Assembly: GCA_031763465.1 (NCBI GenBank)
Contig: JARFOE010000013.1
Location: forward strand, 9,026,395-9,077,481
Source: Squatina squatina
Taxonomy: Eukaryota
Direction: 5' to 3'
Length of the DNA stretch: 51,087 nt
Below, one piece after another: positions 39,317 to 51,087 of the stretch (the first letter of the stretch is position 1; the number at the start of each line of letters is the position of its first letter). Position numbers and translations under genes: made by a program. The notes under the pieces were generated by a model that saw only the letters and a program-made list of their open reading frames with translations, did not search any database and was not told where the DNA came from.

Positions 39317-40606
39317 AGAGAAATAGAGGGAGAGAGTGAGAGAGGAAAAGAGAGAGAGGGAGAGAAAGAGAGAGAGAGACACACACACACACAGAGGGAG
39401 AGACAGAGAGAAATGGAAAGCACGAGAGAGAGAGACAGAGCAGAGAGATTTAGAGAGAGAAGCAGAGGGAGAGAGAGACAGAGCGCGAGACAGCGAGAGA
39501 GAGAGAGGGGTGAGGATCCAGATGTATTTAGTCCTTTCCTGGGGACTGAGCAGCGGCCGCACTTTGGAACAACACAGGTGGAGACGCAGCACATGTACAA
39601 TGACTGCTGGAAAGAGGCTAAAGCAAACAATTTTTAGGCCAACGGTGAAATTAAAAAAAAAAAATTCCAAATATTGTTTAAAGCGGAAAAAAATACAGGA
39701 AAGTGATGTTGAATGTCCTGCAGTAAGTTCCAGTTAAATTTTGCCAGGTGTTGTCCCCTTTTTGAAAGAGTTTATCAGGGTTATTTCAATCATGTTATGA
39801 GAGAGGGGGGAAAGTCTGTGCCCCCATTTGTACCTCTGAGTCTGTGAGAGGCGGAGAGAACGGCAGCAGAAAAAGAGGAAACAACTTCTCCAATACTGTT
39901 CCCAACTCATCACCAAGGCTGGGGTAGATAACATCACCGCCTTCTTAGGAAGTTTCACCATTTTATTCACTTTCTTATTTGAGCTCCGTTTGGAATTAGA
40001 GTTTATTTTATTATTCTTTGTTGTATGTTTAATAATAGCGTTGAAGAAGGAAAGAGAAACTTGGAGCAACTTCTGTCAAAGCTGCAACAAGACTTGAAAG
40101 AATTTAAAGATTTTCAATGAACTTTTCAGAAAAAGTGAGTGTTGAAACACTTCTTTCCCCCTAAGTTTCAATGTTGGAAGAAACAGAAATAAAAATCAAT
40201 TTTCCCCTCATCTAATCAAGATTCAACCTGGTCTTGAAGTCCAAACACTTTTAAAGAGGCTCTGAATTGCTTAAAATGTTTTAAAATTGAAATTTCTCAA
40301 TATTTGATTTTTGAACGATCAACTGAAGTGACTAGCTTTACACAAACATGTAACCGTGCTGTTGAGGAGGGGGAGGGCAGAGGAGGATTTGCAGGAGTTA
40401 CGTATTACCTTTTATTGACTTTAAAAAGATTATTCATTAAGACGTTTAGGAAGTGAACCAAAAAAAGAGAAAAACACAAACCATTTTATTTTGTCTGTTG
40501 TCCTATAGTCAGAACAAGTCTCAGGAATAATGTAAATATAGATTTCCTCTTAAACGTTTAGTGGAGTGTTAATAGAAACGAGAGTTATGAAATTATGTCT
40601 AAAAAT
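39317..40606 (+). repeat. (GA)n tract (39317-39505) plus unknown repeat family copy D
   Basis: GA microsatellite followed by GGGGTGAGGATCCAG... colinear with copy A. Confidence 0.9.
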
Positions 40607-40706
40607 NNNNNNNNNNNNNNNNNNNNNNNNNNNNNNNNNNNNNNNNNNNNNNNNNNNNNNNNNNNNNNNNNNNNNNNNNNNNNNNNNNNNNNNNNNNNNN
40701 NNNNNN

Positions 40707-42106
40707 GGACAGAGGGAGATAGAGAGAGAGGGGGCAGAGGGAGAAAGAGAGAGCGACAGGGATAGACAGAGGGAGAGAGAGAGAGAGAGCAAGAGACAGG
40801 GACAGAGGGAGATAGAGGGTCAGAGGGAGATAGAGAGACGGATATAGAGAGACAGGGATAGATGAAGATAGAGAGGAGAGAGATAGAGAAAAACAAGGAG
40901 ATAGAGAGGGACAGAGAGAGATGGGGATAAAAGGATAGAGACAGGGATAGAGAGAGGGACAGCGAGAGAGAGAGCAAAAGAGGGAGAGAGAGAAATGAGG
41001 GTTCAGGTGGGCATGTGTAGTCCGTTCTCGGGGTCTAAGTGGCGGCTGCACTTTGGTACAACACAGGTGGAGATGCAGCACATGTACAGTAGCTGCTGGA
41101 AGGAGGCTGAAGCAAACAAGTTTTAGGCCAGCAGTGAAATTTAAAAAAAAAATTGGAAAATTGTTTGAAGCTGGAAAAAAAAACAGGAAAGTGATGTTGA
41201 ATGTCTTGTGGTGAGTTCCAGTTAAATTTTGCCAGGTGTTGTCCCTTTTTGAAAGAGGATTATTTAAATCGTGTTGTGAGAGAGGGGAAAAGGTTTGTGC
41301 CCCCGTTTGTACCACAGAGTCTGTGAGGGATGGAGGGAACAGCTGCAGAAAAAGAGGAAACAACTTCTCCAAAACTAATCCCAAATCATTGTCAAGGCTC
41401 GGGATAGATAACTTCATCGCCTTCTTAGGAAGTTTAACCACTCTATTCCCTTTCTTACTTGAGCTCCGTTTGGAATTAGAGTTTATTTTTTTGTTTGTTG
41501 TATGTTTAATGACAATGTTGAAGAGAAAAATTGGAGAAACTTCTTCTGTTAAAGCTGCAATAAGACTTGGAAGAATTTAAAGATTTTTAATGAACTTTTC
41601 ACAAAAAATGAATGTTAAAAACACTTTTTTCCTCCTAAGTTTTGAATATGATTTTGGAAGAAACAAGCAAAAATACATTTTCCCCTTATCTAAACAAGTT
41701 TCAACCAGGTCTTGAAGTCCAAACACTTTTGAAGAGGCTCCAAATTGCTTAAAATGTTTTAAAATGAAAATTTCTCCATATTTGATTTTGAACGATTGAC
41801 TGAAGTGAGCAGCTTTACACAAACATGCAACCATGCTATTGATGAGGTGGAGGGCAGGGGAGGATTTGTAGGAGTTACATATTACTTTTAATTGACAAAA
41901 AAAAGCATTTAGATGTTTATGAAGAGGACCAAAAAAAGGGGAAAAACACAAACCACTTTATTTTGTCCGTCGTTCTATAGTCCTAACAAGTCCCAGGAAT
42001 AATGTAAATATATGTTTCCTCTTAAATGATTAGTGGAGTGTTAATAGAAATGAGTTATGTAATGATGTATAAAAATTGCAGGAAGCTATTTTAGAAGAAA
42101 CCACTA
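40707..42106 (+). repeat. (GA)n tract (40707-40996) plus unknown repeat family copy E
   Basis: Same organisation as copies A and D. Confidence 0.9.
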
Positions 42107-42206
42107 NNNNNNNNNNNNNNNNNNNNNNNNNNNNNNNNNNNNNNNNNNNNNNNNNNNNNNNNNNNNNNNNNNNNNNNNNNNNNNNNNNNNNNNNNNNNNN
42201 NNNNNN

Positions 42207-42379
42207 CCACTTCTCGAGAAACTTGCCCCCCATCCTCTTCTAATCATCCTTGTAGTGCCCCTTCTCCCAGCCACAGGGAAGAGGATTGCAGCCCTTCTGT
42301 CTACTGTCTCTACAAGTGCCTGCAGGGCAGCCTCATTGAACTGTGGAACCCTTAACCTGGGTTGATTTGCAACCTCCAT
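42207..42379 (-). mobile_element. Harbinger-associated Myb/SANT-like ORF N-terminus
   Basis: MEVANQPRLRVPQFNEAALQALVETVDRRAAILFP...RRGW fits the MSANTD pattern RxPxFxxxxLxxLVxxVxxRxxxLF...W. Runs into a gap. Confidence 0.7.
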
Positions 42380-42688
42380 TTTCAATTTTCAAAAAAAAGC
42401 ACAAAAGATTAACAAATAACACTCCCCTCCTCCTCATGGACTGACCAAAGTAGTGTCTGTGTGAGGGACGGGCCCCCCTTTATGTACTGATATTAAGCCA
42501 ATTGAGAAATTCTACAGCTGAAAGAGATTAAGAAAATCAGCGCTAAGTATGGGCCCATTAGCGCTGAAATTTGCATTTTTTTTAAGCTGTTTGTGACATT
42601 TTTTCTAAGTGTTGAAAAGGCAGACTTTAGCCTAAAGTCCTAAGAGCTGAACTTAGCACCCAACTATTCTTCCGTTAGCACCAGAAAC

Positions 42689-43200
42689 TTAGGGCAATCG
42701 AATTGGGCACCCCATGTGTTCCTGTGAGTGGCGCATTAGCTGCTCCATGCAGGTGGCCATCCTATCCATGGAAGAGCCTACAGTCGCCATCGCCTGCGAC
42801 ACAGTGGTGCTCATGTTGGTGAAAGACTCCTCCATTCCCTGAACATTTGCAGACATCACAGTCACAAAACTTGTTAGAGCTCCCAGCACTTCTTGCTACA
42901 CCTCCAGGATGGCCCTCTTTCTGGATGGCCCCCAAGGCTCAGCGTCTGCATACGGCTGAGCAGAGCTGGGAGTGTCCTGCGCCATCTGGCGAGGAGTCTC
43001 CACTGCTGTCCCAGTCTCCACTATCCGCTCTTGCTCACTTGTGACTTGTGACAGATCCGGTGGCAACACTACTCTACTGAGGTGTGCGTCTCTGCACTGG
43101 TGCTGGGTGTGTTTATGTCTGGTGATGCTGCGTCCTCAGAGACTGGAACTTCCTGAGGAATCGTCTTCTTCTTCCTCCTGGATAGTGGGGATGTGGTGGG
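42689..43200 (-). mobile_element. probable Harbinger Myb-ORF C-terminal fragment
   Basis: Acidic/Pro-rich segment followed by heptad-like MLGALTSFVTVMSANVQGMEESFTNMSTTVSQAMATVGSSMDRMATCME. Confidence 0.45.
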
Positions 43201-43489
43201 GGGGTGGGGGCAGTGGGCAATGACCATTCAGTGGCTGATGACATCTGTCCCCATATGAGTGAATGATGTATGCTTTGTAGCTGTATGATACTTGAGGGTT
43301 TTTGTACTTTAATTATTGGCACATTCCTTGCTTTGATTTCTCTCTCCTGAACCAATACTGATTCTCTGCTTCTCCTTTTGCTCTGATGTTCTTTGCACAG
43401 AGAGACAGTGAAACAAGAGAGAGACTGGGATAGAGAGGGAGGCGGGAAGGAGAGAGGTCGAGAGAGACAGAAAGAGAGAAACAGTGAGA

Positions 43490-45098
43490 GGGGCGAGGGT
43501 CCAGACACATGTAGTCTGTTCCTGGGGACGGAGTGGCGGCCACGCTTTGGAATAACACAGGCGGAGGTGCACCACATGTACCATGGCCACTGGAAGGAGG
43601 CGGTGAAACAAAAATGAGGACATTTTTTGGGAAAATTGTTTAAAGCCGGAAAATAATATGGGAAATGTTGAATGTTCAGTAAGTTCCAGTTAAATTTTGC
43701 CAGGTGCTGTCCCCTTTTTGAAAAAGTTTAATCAGGGTTATTTAAATCATTTTATGAGATAGAAGAAAAAGTTTGTGCCCCCGTTTGTACTTCAGTCTGA
43801 GAGACAGAGGGAACGGAACAAAAAAAAGGAAACAACTCCTCCAAAACTGATCCCAACTCATCGCCAAGGCTGGGATAGATAACCTCATCGCCTTCTTAGG
43901 AAGCTTAACCACTTTATTCACTTTCTTATTTGAACTCCGTTTGGAATTAGAGTATTTTTTGTTGCATGTTTAACAAAACTGTTGAAAAGGGAAAGCAAAT
44001 CTTGGAGCAACTTTTGTCAAAGCTGCAATGAGACTTGAAAGAATTTAAAGATTTTTAATGAAGTTTTCACAAAAAATGTGTTAAATACACTCTTTCCCCC
44101 TCCCCCAAAGTTTCAAATATGATTTTGGAAGAAACAAAGCAATTTTCCCCTCAGCTAAACCAGGTCCAAACGCTTTAAAGAGGCTCTGAAATGCATAAAA
44201 GGTTTTAAAATTGAAATTTCTCAATATTTTGAACAATCAACTGAAGTGAGTAGCTTTACACAAACATGCAACCATGCTATTGAGGAGGGCAGGGGAGGAT
44301 TTGCAGGAGTTACATATTGCTTTTTTAAAATATATTAAGACGTTTAGGAAGAGAACCAAAAAAGGGGAAAAACACAAACCATTTTATTTTGTCTGTTCTA
44401 TATTCCTCACAAATCCCAGGAAAATGCAAATATAGATTTCCTCTTAAATGTTTAGTGGAGTGTTAATAGAAACAAGAGTTATGTAATAAAATTGCAGGAA
44501 GCTACTTTAGAAGAAACTACTATTGGTTTATTGAGAAAGACACAGGAAATATTTTGATTAAACTGATAATGTACAATTTTGATTTGGTATAAATGTTTGA
44601 AATAGATTAAAGATTGAGAGTACAGTGAAGTTTGCTTCCCACTATTGGGAAGTAACTAAAATAATTTAACACTTTTCGTGATAAGAGCAGGGATTAATAT
44701 TGTGGAAGATGTTTGAGAGAACAAGATTAGAAGTGAAATTTGTAAATTAACATCTTTACATCAGCATATTAGTAAACATTTCCAAGTCAGTCTGATTGGT
44801 TCTCCTGTCCCGGAAGAAAGATGAATATTTATTTCCGTTAAATCATAGATTTTCCTGCTTTTTGTTTTTAATTCGGTGACGCAAATTGTGTCTGTGTTTT
44901 TCTGCACTTGTGAGTAAGTGCTGCATTTCTGACATGTTACGTGGGGTGTGTGTTGGTTCCAGAAGACAGCATTTATTAATGGAAGTGATTGAAGTTAGCA
45001 AACCTGTTTTTGTTCAATTCTTTTTAATATGGGTAACTTAAGAACTGCACCCCATTATATTTGTTGGTTGTCTGGTTGCATTGTATTTAATATTCTAA
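43490..45098 (+). repeat. unknown repeat family, copy F
   Basis: Preceded by a short GA-rich tract and colinear with copy A up to TATTCTAA at 45091-45098. Confidence 0.9.
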
Positions 45099-46007
45099 TT
45101 TCAATTTTAAAATGCTTTAAGCATTTCAGAACTTTTTTTTAAAAGTGTTTAGACTTCAAGACCTGGTTGAAACTTGTTTAGATGAGGGGAAAATTGATTT
45201 TTGTTTTTATTTCATCCAAAATCATATTCAAAACATAGAGGGGGGAAAAGTGTTTTGAACATTCATTTTTGTGAAAAGTTCATTAAAAATTTTTAAATTC
45301 TTTCCAGCCTCATTGCAGCTTTGATAGAAGTTGCTCCAAGTTTGTCTTTCCTTCTTCAGCGCTGTCGGTAAACATACAACAAAAAATAATAAACTCTAGT
45401 TCCAAACGGAGCTCAAATAAGAAAGTGAATAAAGTTCTTAAACTTCCTAAGAAGGCAGTGAGGTTATCTATCTGCAGCCATGGCAATGAGTTGGGATCAA
45501 TTTTGGAGAAGTTGTTTGCTGTTTTTCTGCTGCCGTTCCCTCCGTCTCTCACAGACTCTGAGGTACGAATGGGGGCACAAACTTATTCCCCTCTCTTATA
45601 ACATGATTTAAATAATCCCAATAGACTCTTTCAAAAAAGGACACCACCTGGCAAAATATAACTGGAACAAACGTTCAACATCACTTTCCTGTATTTTTTT
45701 TCCGGCTTTAAACAATTTTCTGAATTAAAAAAAAATTCTCATTTATGTTTCATTGGGGCCTAAAACTTGTCTGCTTTAGCCTCCTTCCAGCAGCCATTTA
45801 TATGTACTGCACCTCCACCTGTGTTATTCCAAAGCACGGCCACTGCTCAGCCCCTGGGAATGGAGTACAGGCGTCTGGACCCTCACCCCTCTCTCTGTCC
45901 CTGCCTCCCTCCCTCTCCCTCCGTCACCCTCTGTCTCCCCAGTCTCTGGCTCTCTCCGCCTAGTCTCTCTCTCCCCCTCCCCCCAGTCTCTCTCTCTCTC
46001 TCTCTCT
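45097..46007 (-). repeat. unknown repeat family, inverted copy G (45097-45890) with its (CT)n tract
   Basis: Reverse complement of the first ~750 nt of the unit (e.g. GCTTTAGCCTCCTTCCAGCAGCCATT), directly abutting copy F on the same contig. Confidence 0.9.
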
Positions 46008-46133
46008 NNNNNNNNNNNNNNNNNNNNNNNNNNNNNNNNNNNNNNNNNNNNNNNNNNNNNNNNNNNNNNNNNNNNNNNNNNNNNNNNNNNNNNNNNNNNN
46101 NNNNNNNAGAGAGACTGGAGGGGAGGGAGAGAG

Positions 46134-46490
46134 ACATGTTACATGGGGCGGGGGGTGGCGGGGTGCTGGTTCAAGAAGACAATGTTTATTAATGGAAGTG
46201 ATTGAAGTTGAAAATACAGATACCCGTTCTTGTTCAATTGTTCAATTATTTTTAATACTATGAACTAAAGAACTACAGCACTTTATATTTGTGATTAATA
46301 TTCTAATCACTTATGTGGACGTACAACACGTCAGCAACATAGGAAAGCCGCTACTCCTGCTGCTTGTGCAGCCATTGTTATGGTGACATGAGGGATGGGC
46401 TAATACATTGAAAACTTTAAAATTAATAGTAATTGCACGAATAGATATGCCTCTTTCAGCTCACCTTTGGGTTTTTGGATTATTTGATGC
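46134..46490 (+). repeat. unknown repeat family, 3' tail copy H
   Basis: Matches 34751-35080 (ACATGTTACATGGG...GACATGAGGGATGGGCTAATAC...GCCTCTTTCAGCTCACCTT). Confidence 0.85.
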
Positions 46491-46724
46491 ATAACCATGT
46501 AACTGAGTGACTTTTCTGAAGTGTCAATGCATTATTATGCAGTTCGTTTATATCCCAGTCATTTCTGACATTTTTTAAAAAATACAGTTGTACACGATGA
46601 ACTAAAAGCTTTTCATTAATTCTACCATAAACAAACTTGCAGAATGGGCATGAATTTCAATAGAGATCAGTGTGAGGTGGTGCAGGTTTTGGTAGCAGGA
46701 ATACCTACTCCTTGAAAAATAAGA

Positions 46725-46860
46725 ATCTAAATTGGGTAGAGGTGCAAAGTAGCAACACGGGTTAAAGAAAGCTGTAAAAGTGCAAATAAAACCCTGGGGT
46801 TCATTTCCAGAGGAACAGAATTCAAAAGCAGAGAAGCTATGTTAAACCTGTATCGAACCA
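46725..46860 (+). mobile_element. CR1 fragment
   Basis: VKKAVKVQIK followed by frameshifted LGFISRGTEFKSREAMLNLYRT. Confidence 0.65.
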
Positions 46861-48224
46861 TGTCTGATTGTCTCATGATCAATGGTGGGGTGACAATATG
46901 GCATTACTGTATATATGCTTTTAAGTGGTTGCTGTTATTGTAAAAGTTGTTGCTGTTGTTGTTGTAAAATTTGCCCACAGATGAAAAGGTCACACTCAAA
47001 GGAGTCCATGGCTCGCTCAGTACAAAAGAAAATTAGAGGGAACATCCCTCATAAGCCAATATGCAGAGCTGTTTATGACTTTTCTGTGTTTTGAGGCTGT
47101 GTCAAATTTTTTGAAGTTGTTGGGCAACTTTTTTTTTCGGTTTGACATGTTTGCCTCCACTTAATTGCCCTGTGATAGTACAGCTGAGACGGCGAGATTT
47201 GAAATGACAGATTTGCACCTGTGTTCTCCTACTCCGTGACAAAGTACTTTGGAACTCCACTGCACTGTGTGCGAAGTTTATATTTTGATAATGCAATGCG
47301 TTCTTTGAGGAATTGGCAGATGAATGTGGTTAAACCTAATTTTTCAACTTTTGTTATTTTTTTAAATATACATATATAGCTGATAAACTGTCTAACTGGA
47401 TTTTCCACAATAGCTTTCTGATTTTGAGTCTGAATTATTCATACTGCAGCCATGAAGCTACACTCTACCCCACCCCGCCAATATACTCATTCCGCCCCCA
47501 CCCAGTCTAGCTATGAAAGGATCAGTCTGAGGTATGAACTCAATGTGATAAAGTTACATTATCTGTCATTCAATTGGTTAATGTTTCAATTACAAGTCAG
47601 TTTTATAACCCAATCATGCAATTAACAAAATCTGTAATTCCTTGTTTAAAACCAGAACCATCAGGCATTGAAATACAACAATATAATTAACATTCCTGAA
47701 ATATACAGAGAATACAGCCGAGAAACTAGAACACTGAGCGATAATATATTTAAATGAGTAACTCTGACCATATAATATATAAACTATTGTAAAAAGATCT
47801 TCTTAAAATTCTGCTAAAAGTAAAGTAAAATAATGCTATTTTTAGAATAACAAGTGAGCCATTTATTTCAATTATCAAAAAAATTATTGATTAATTATTT
47901 CTAACCATACAATTAATTACCTTGTAGTAGCTACTCTATGTAAAGCATGAACCCTAATCATCAATAAGAAGTCATTTCAAGATTAAGCAAGACATGAATC
48001 CTATTTTTCATGAGATTCATTCCAGGATTTAAATTGATGTACTAAGTTAAATGTTATGAAGGATATGTGCTCAGCGTGTGTTCAGATTTTGATTCCAAAG
48101 GTCCATAGACTGGTACTGATGCACAGACAGTCAATAAAATAGAAAGCAGTAAAGAAAGCAGTAAGAAACAAAAGGCTGTAAATTGAAGTGCATGCGTTGT
48201 TATCAGACATCCTGACCTTTGTGA

Positions 48225-48435
48225 AATGTGAATTTAAAGGTTGTGAGTTTAAACCCCACTTCAGGATTTGACCACATAATGTAGACTGACACTTCAGTAT
48301 GGTACTGGCAGAGTGCTACATTGTCTGAATGGGACGTTGAACACAGGCCCAGGTCTGCTTGTCCTAGTGGTTCAGATGGCACTATTTGCAGAGCAGTCAG
48401 TTGTCCTGGTGTCCTGGCCAACCTTCTTCCCTCAG
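48225..48435 (+). mobile_element. decayed DeuSINE fragment
   Basis: GACTGACACTTCAGTATGGTACTGGCAGAGTGCT...ATGGCACTATTTG...GGTGTCCTGGCCAA. Confidence 0.55.
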
Positions 48436-48910
48436 ACAATACCTACATAACAGTAATTGCACCTCAAAGTCATCTATTTTATGTGTAAATGTTGGCACGC
48501 TTCTGATTAATCTGTAGGAAAATTACAAATAATTGCAAATTTGAGATCAGCAATAATCAGCAAATTCTAATATCAACACATATCATGGGTTATTCACCTA
48601 TTAATTTTAAGTAAGAATATTATTCTTTCCACCTTTCTTTCCTCCTTTCCTGAAGGTGACCTATGCTGCAGGACACTGGCTGCCCCCTGCAACCTCATCA
48701 AATGCCTACTCTTCGTATAGAGGCTTAGACAGTGAATGTTAGCATGATATTCGACTGTGAGGACATTACAGCTCAGTCAATCTAGTCCTCTGTCAATGTC
48801 TATATATGGACCTAACAGCAGAAGTCACACAATAATGACAGGAAGTAGGAACAATTGCTGATTGTCCTTTCTTTAGCCCGGGGACACTCAGACCAACTGT
48901 AGATTCACTT

Positions 48911-49044
48911 TAATAAAAAACAGAAAATGCTGAATGCCATCAACCTGAAATGTTAATCTATTTCTCCCTCCACAGATGCTGCCTGACCTGCTGAGTATTT
49001 CCATCATTTTCTGTTTTTATTTCAGATTTCCAACATTTTGCGTA
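48911..49044 (+). mobile_element. Penelope-like terminal-repeat insertion flanked by a 13-bp direct repeat
   Basis: TGTAGATTCACTT at 48898-48910 and 49045-49057. The body is the reverse complement of 7771-7850, with a short inverted 5' segment. Confidence 0.75.
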
Positions 49045-50459
49045 TGTAGATTCACTTAACCACCTCAGGAGTTCAAATAGCTTAGCTGAGATCAGAAATC
49101 AAACCTAAGACCTTCCTGATCTCTATGATGTATTTATCGATGAAGCCATCAGGGAGTCTTAGGACTATTTTAAATTATAAGGCCTACTCCTGTGTACCCA
49201 TAGTGTTGTGGTGCTATGGGCACTGGCTCACCACATCATCTGGGGCTTCTGCAGTGGTATAAAGTGATGGGGAAGCACCTGTGGTTCTGAGGGGCTTGCA
49301 CACCACATCTTCATTAAGGGCCCAGAGTTCATGCAAATGNNNNNNNNNNNNNNNNNNNNNNNNNNNNNNNNNNNNNNNNNNNNNNNNNNNNNNNNNNNNN
49401 NNNNNNNNNNNNNNNNNNNNNNNNNNNNNNNNNNNNNNNGAGAAATATGATATGGTCCTATTTTACATTCAAGTTCTTGCTTTCTAATTAGTAGTGTTAT
49501 TTTTTTACAGAGTTTTCAAAATTCTACAGAGGTACTCATTGCTACTTGGTTCATTTTTGTTCCTGACTTGTAAGAGCTAAAGCAACTAACCTGCGAAAAC
49601 TTTTTCTCCCCAGTCCTATTTTAAAATTATCCAAATTCTATTTATTTTCTTTAATATAAGTAAATTTCAAGAATACTTGGTTTGTGCACTTGTGACACCA
49701 ACTTCTGATTTTTGCCCCTAGGTTCTAGATTCGTGATTTGCAGAAACTGGGGCAAAGAGTGACTGCACAAACTTATTGAGCCTGAACCTGAGTCCCACTG
49801 TGGAAAATGGTATTTTCACAATGAGTAGAACTAGGAAGAAAAACATTTGAGGAGGTAAACTTCTCTCCCCCGCCCCGTAATCTAATTTCAGAAAAAGCAA
49901 ACTCGCATTATCTTTTGCTACATTTTTGACCTTCTCATTTGCATGTCCATATAGTTAATTGTTGTAACACGCTGGCTAATTTAGCCAACCTCTGTCAGTA
50001 TCCTTAATGGGGAATTTTTGTGAATGTTACTCCATGTTTATGGGTAACATTTATATTGAATAACAAATTCTTGGAATTTATTTGAAAACAGTGCAGCCGA
50101 TTTTCGCTTTCAGTAAACTGACAGCTGCATATTACACACCCCACCCAATTTTTCAGTTCCAAATCAGAGAGGAAGAAAATTGGGCAAGGCATATAGAGGG
50201 TGGTTCATCCACAACTACCAGTTTACCACCCACACCAAAAGTGACAGTGTTTCAAATAAAATCATTTTCCTTGTACACGGCTAACCATTCATAAATAATC
50301 TTTTTAAAAAAAAACATTTAAGGGAATCTAGTAACAGTGAACAAATATAAACAGTATATAAAATAGGGATGGCGTTTACATGTAGATGATTTGGACTTAG
50401 GTGTAAGAAACACAATCTTAATTTTCTGATGACAAAAGTAGGAGGCTTGGTAAATAATG

Positions 50460-50975
50460 AAGGGGACTGTAAAAGCCTTCAGGAAATCACAGGTTAACAG
50501 AATGGGCACACAGGTGGAAGATGCAATTTAATGAGGATAAGTATGAGAGAAGACATTCTAGGAGGAAAAAAACAAGGAATGGGAATATGCAATTAAAGAA
50601 TGACACTGAAGGGTATGGCTGAATAGAGGATGAACACATACATAATTGTCTGAAAATGCAAGTAGATAAAGCTATAAACAGAATTTTGGGTTTATAAATA
50701 AGATCATAGCATACAAGAATGAGGAAGTAATTTATGCTATACTTTGATTAGGCAACAAGGAAGAGTACTGTGTGTAGTTCTGAATACCCCATTATAAAAA
50801 GGATATTAAAGCCATAGAGAGCATATATTGTAAATTCACGGGGATCATATTGGGGATGATAGTTATGAGGAGAGACTTGAGATACTGGGATTATTTACAG
50901 AGAAGGCTAACAGTTAAGAGATTTTTAAATCTATGAAGGGTTTATGCATTATGATAAAGTGCATAGAGAAAAACT
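50460..50975 (+). mobile_element. decayed CR1 ORF2 C-terminal fragment
   Basis: Remnants of EWAHRWKMQFN, ILGFINKII, EYCV*F*, SYEERLEILGLF. Confidence 0.7.
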
Positions 50976-51087
50976 ATGGGGCCCCAATTGGATTGCGCTG
51001 CGCTGGCAACTTAAGGTGCCAAATAGGGCTGCTTTTTGCGCCATTCTGTGAAAAGGCTGTATTGGTCTCTAACTTTTTTTTCAGGCA

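Noticed and set aside
39723-39747. GTAAGT...TTTTGCCAG as an intron within the repeat unit
   Set aside because: Only 25 nt between donor and acceptor, too short for a vertebrate spliceosomal intron.
32849-41441. Long SL/RE-rich ORFs (e.g. 40599-41441, 280 aa)
   Set aside because: They are inflated by (GA)n/(CT)n microsatellites and N runs.
14402-51087. PENK, SDR16C5, PLAG1 or MOS exons expected from synteny
   Set aside because: No YGGFM/YGGFL, short-chain dehydrogenase, C2H2 or kinase motifs were seen by eye; they may lie in gaps or beyond the window.

Overview
Vertebrate genomic DNA, almost certainly from a cartilaginous fish (shark-type CR1, DeuSINE, Penelope-like and Harbinger repeats). 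The draft assembly is very fragmented: about 29 uniform 100-N gaps join mostly 1-3 kb contigs, so distances and adjacencies across gaps are unreliable. Recognisable genes: (1) most of the single coding exon of FAM110B (minus, 3144-4031), whose N-terminus is replaced without a gap by a Harbinger/HARBI1 transposase fragment; (2) the first coding exon and the extreme C-terminus of BPNT2/IMPAD1 (plus), divergent from FAM110B as in human 8q12; (3) a partial SRCR-domain exon; (4) an unidentified candidate terminal exon at about 36.6-36.9 kb. The rest is mostly decayed transposons. The most unusual structure is an unrecognised repeat unit of about 1.8 kb, present as roughly nine full or partial copies between 32.86 and 46.5 kb. 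One copy retains CpGs and lies directly behind a CCAAT/GC-box promoter-like element, and two copies on one contig form a long inverted repeat. A Penelope-type minimal hammerhead ribozyme core is visible at about 7.83-7.87 kb. All identifications are from recalled family motifs, not database searches.
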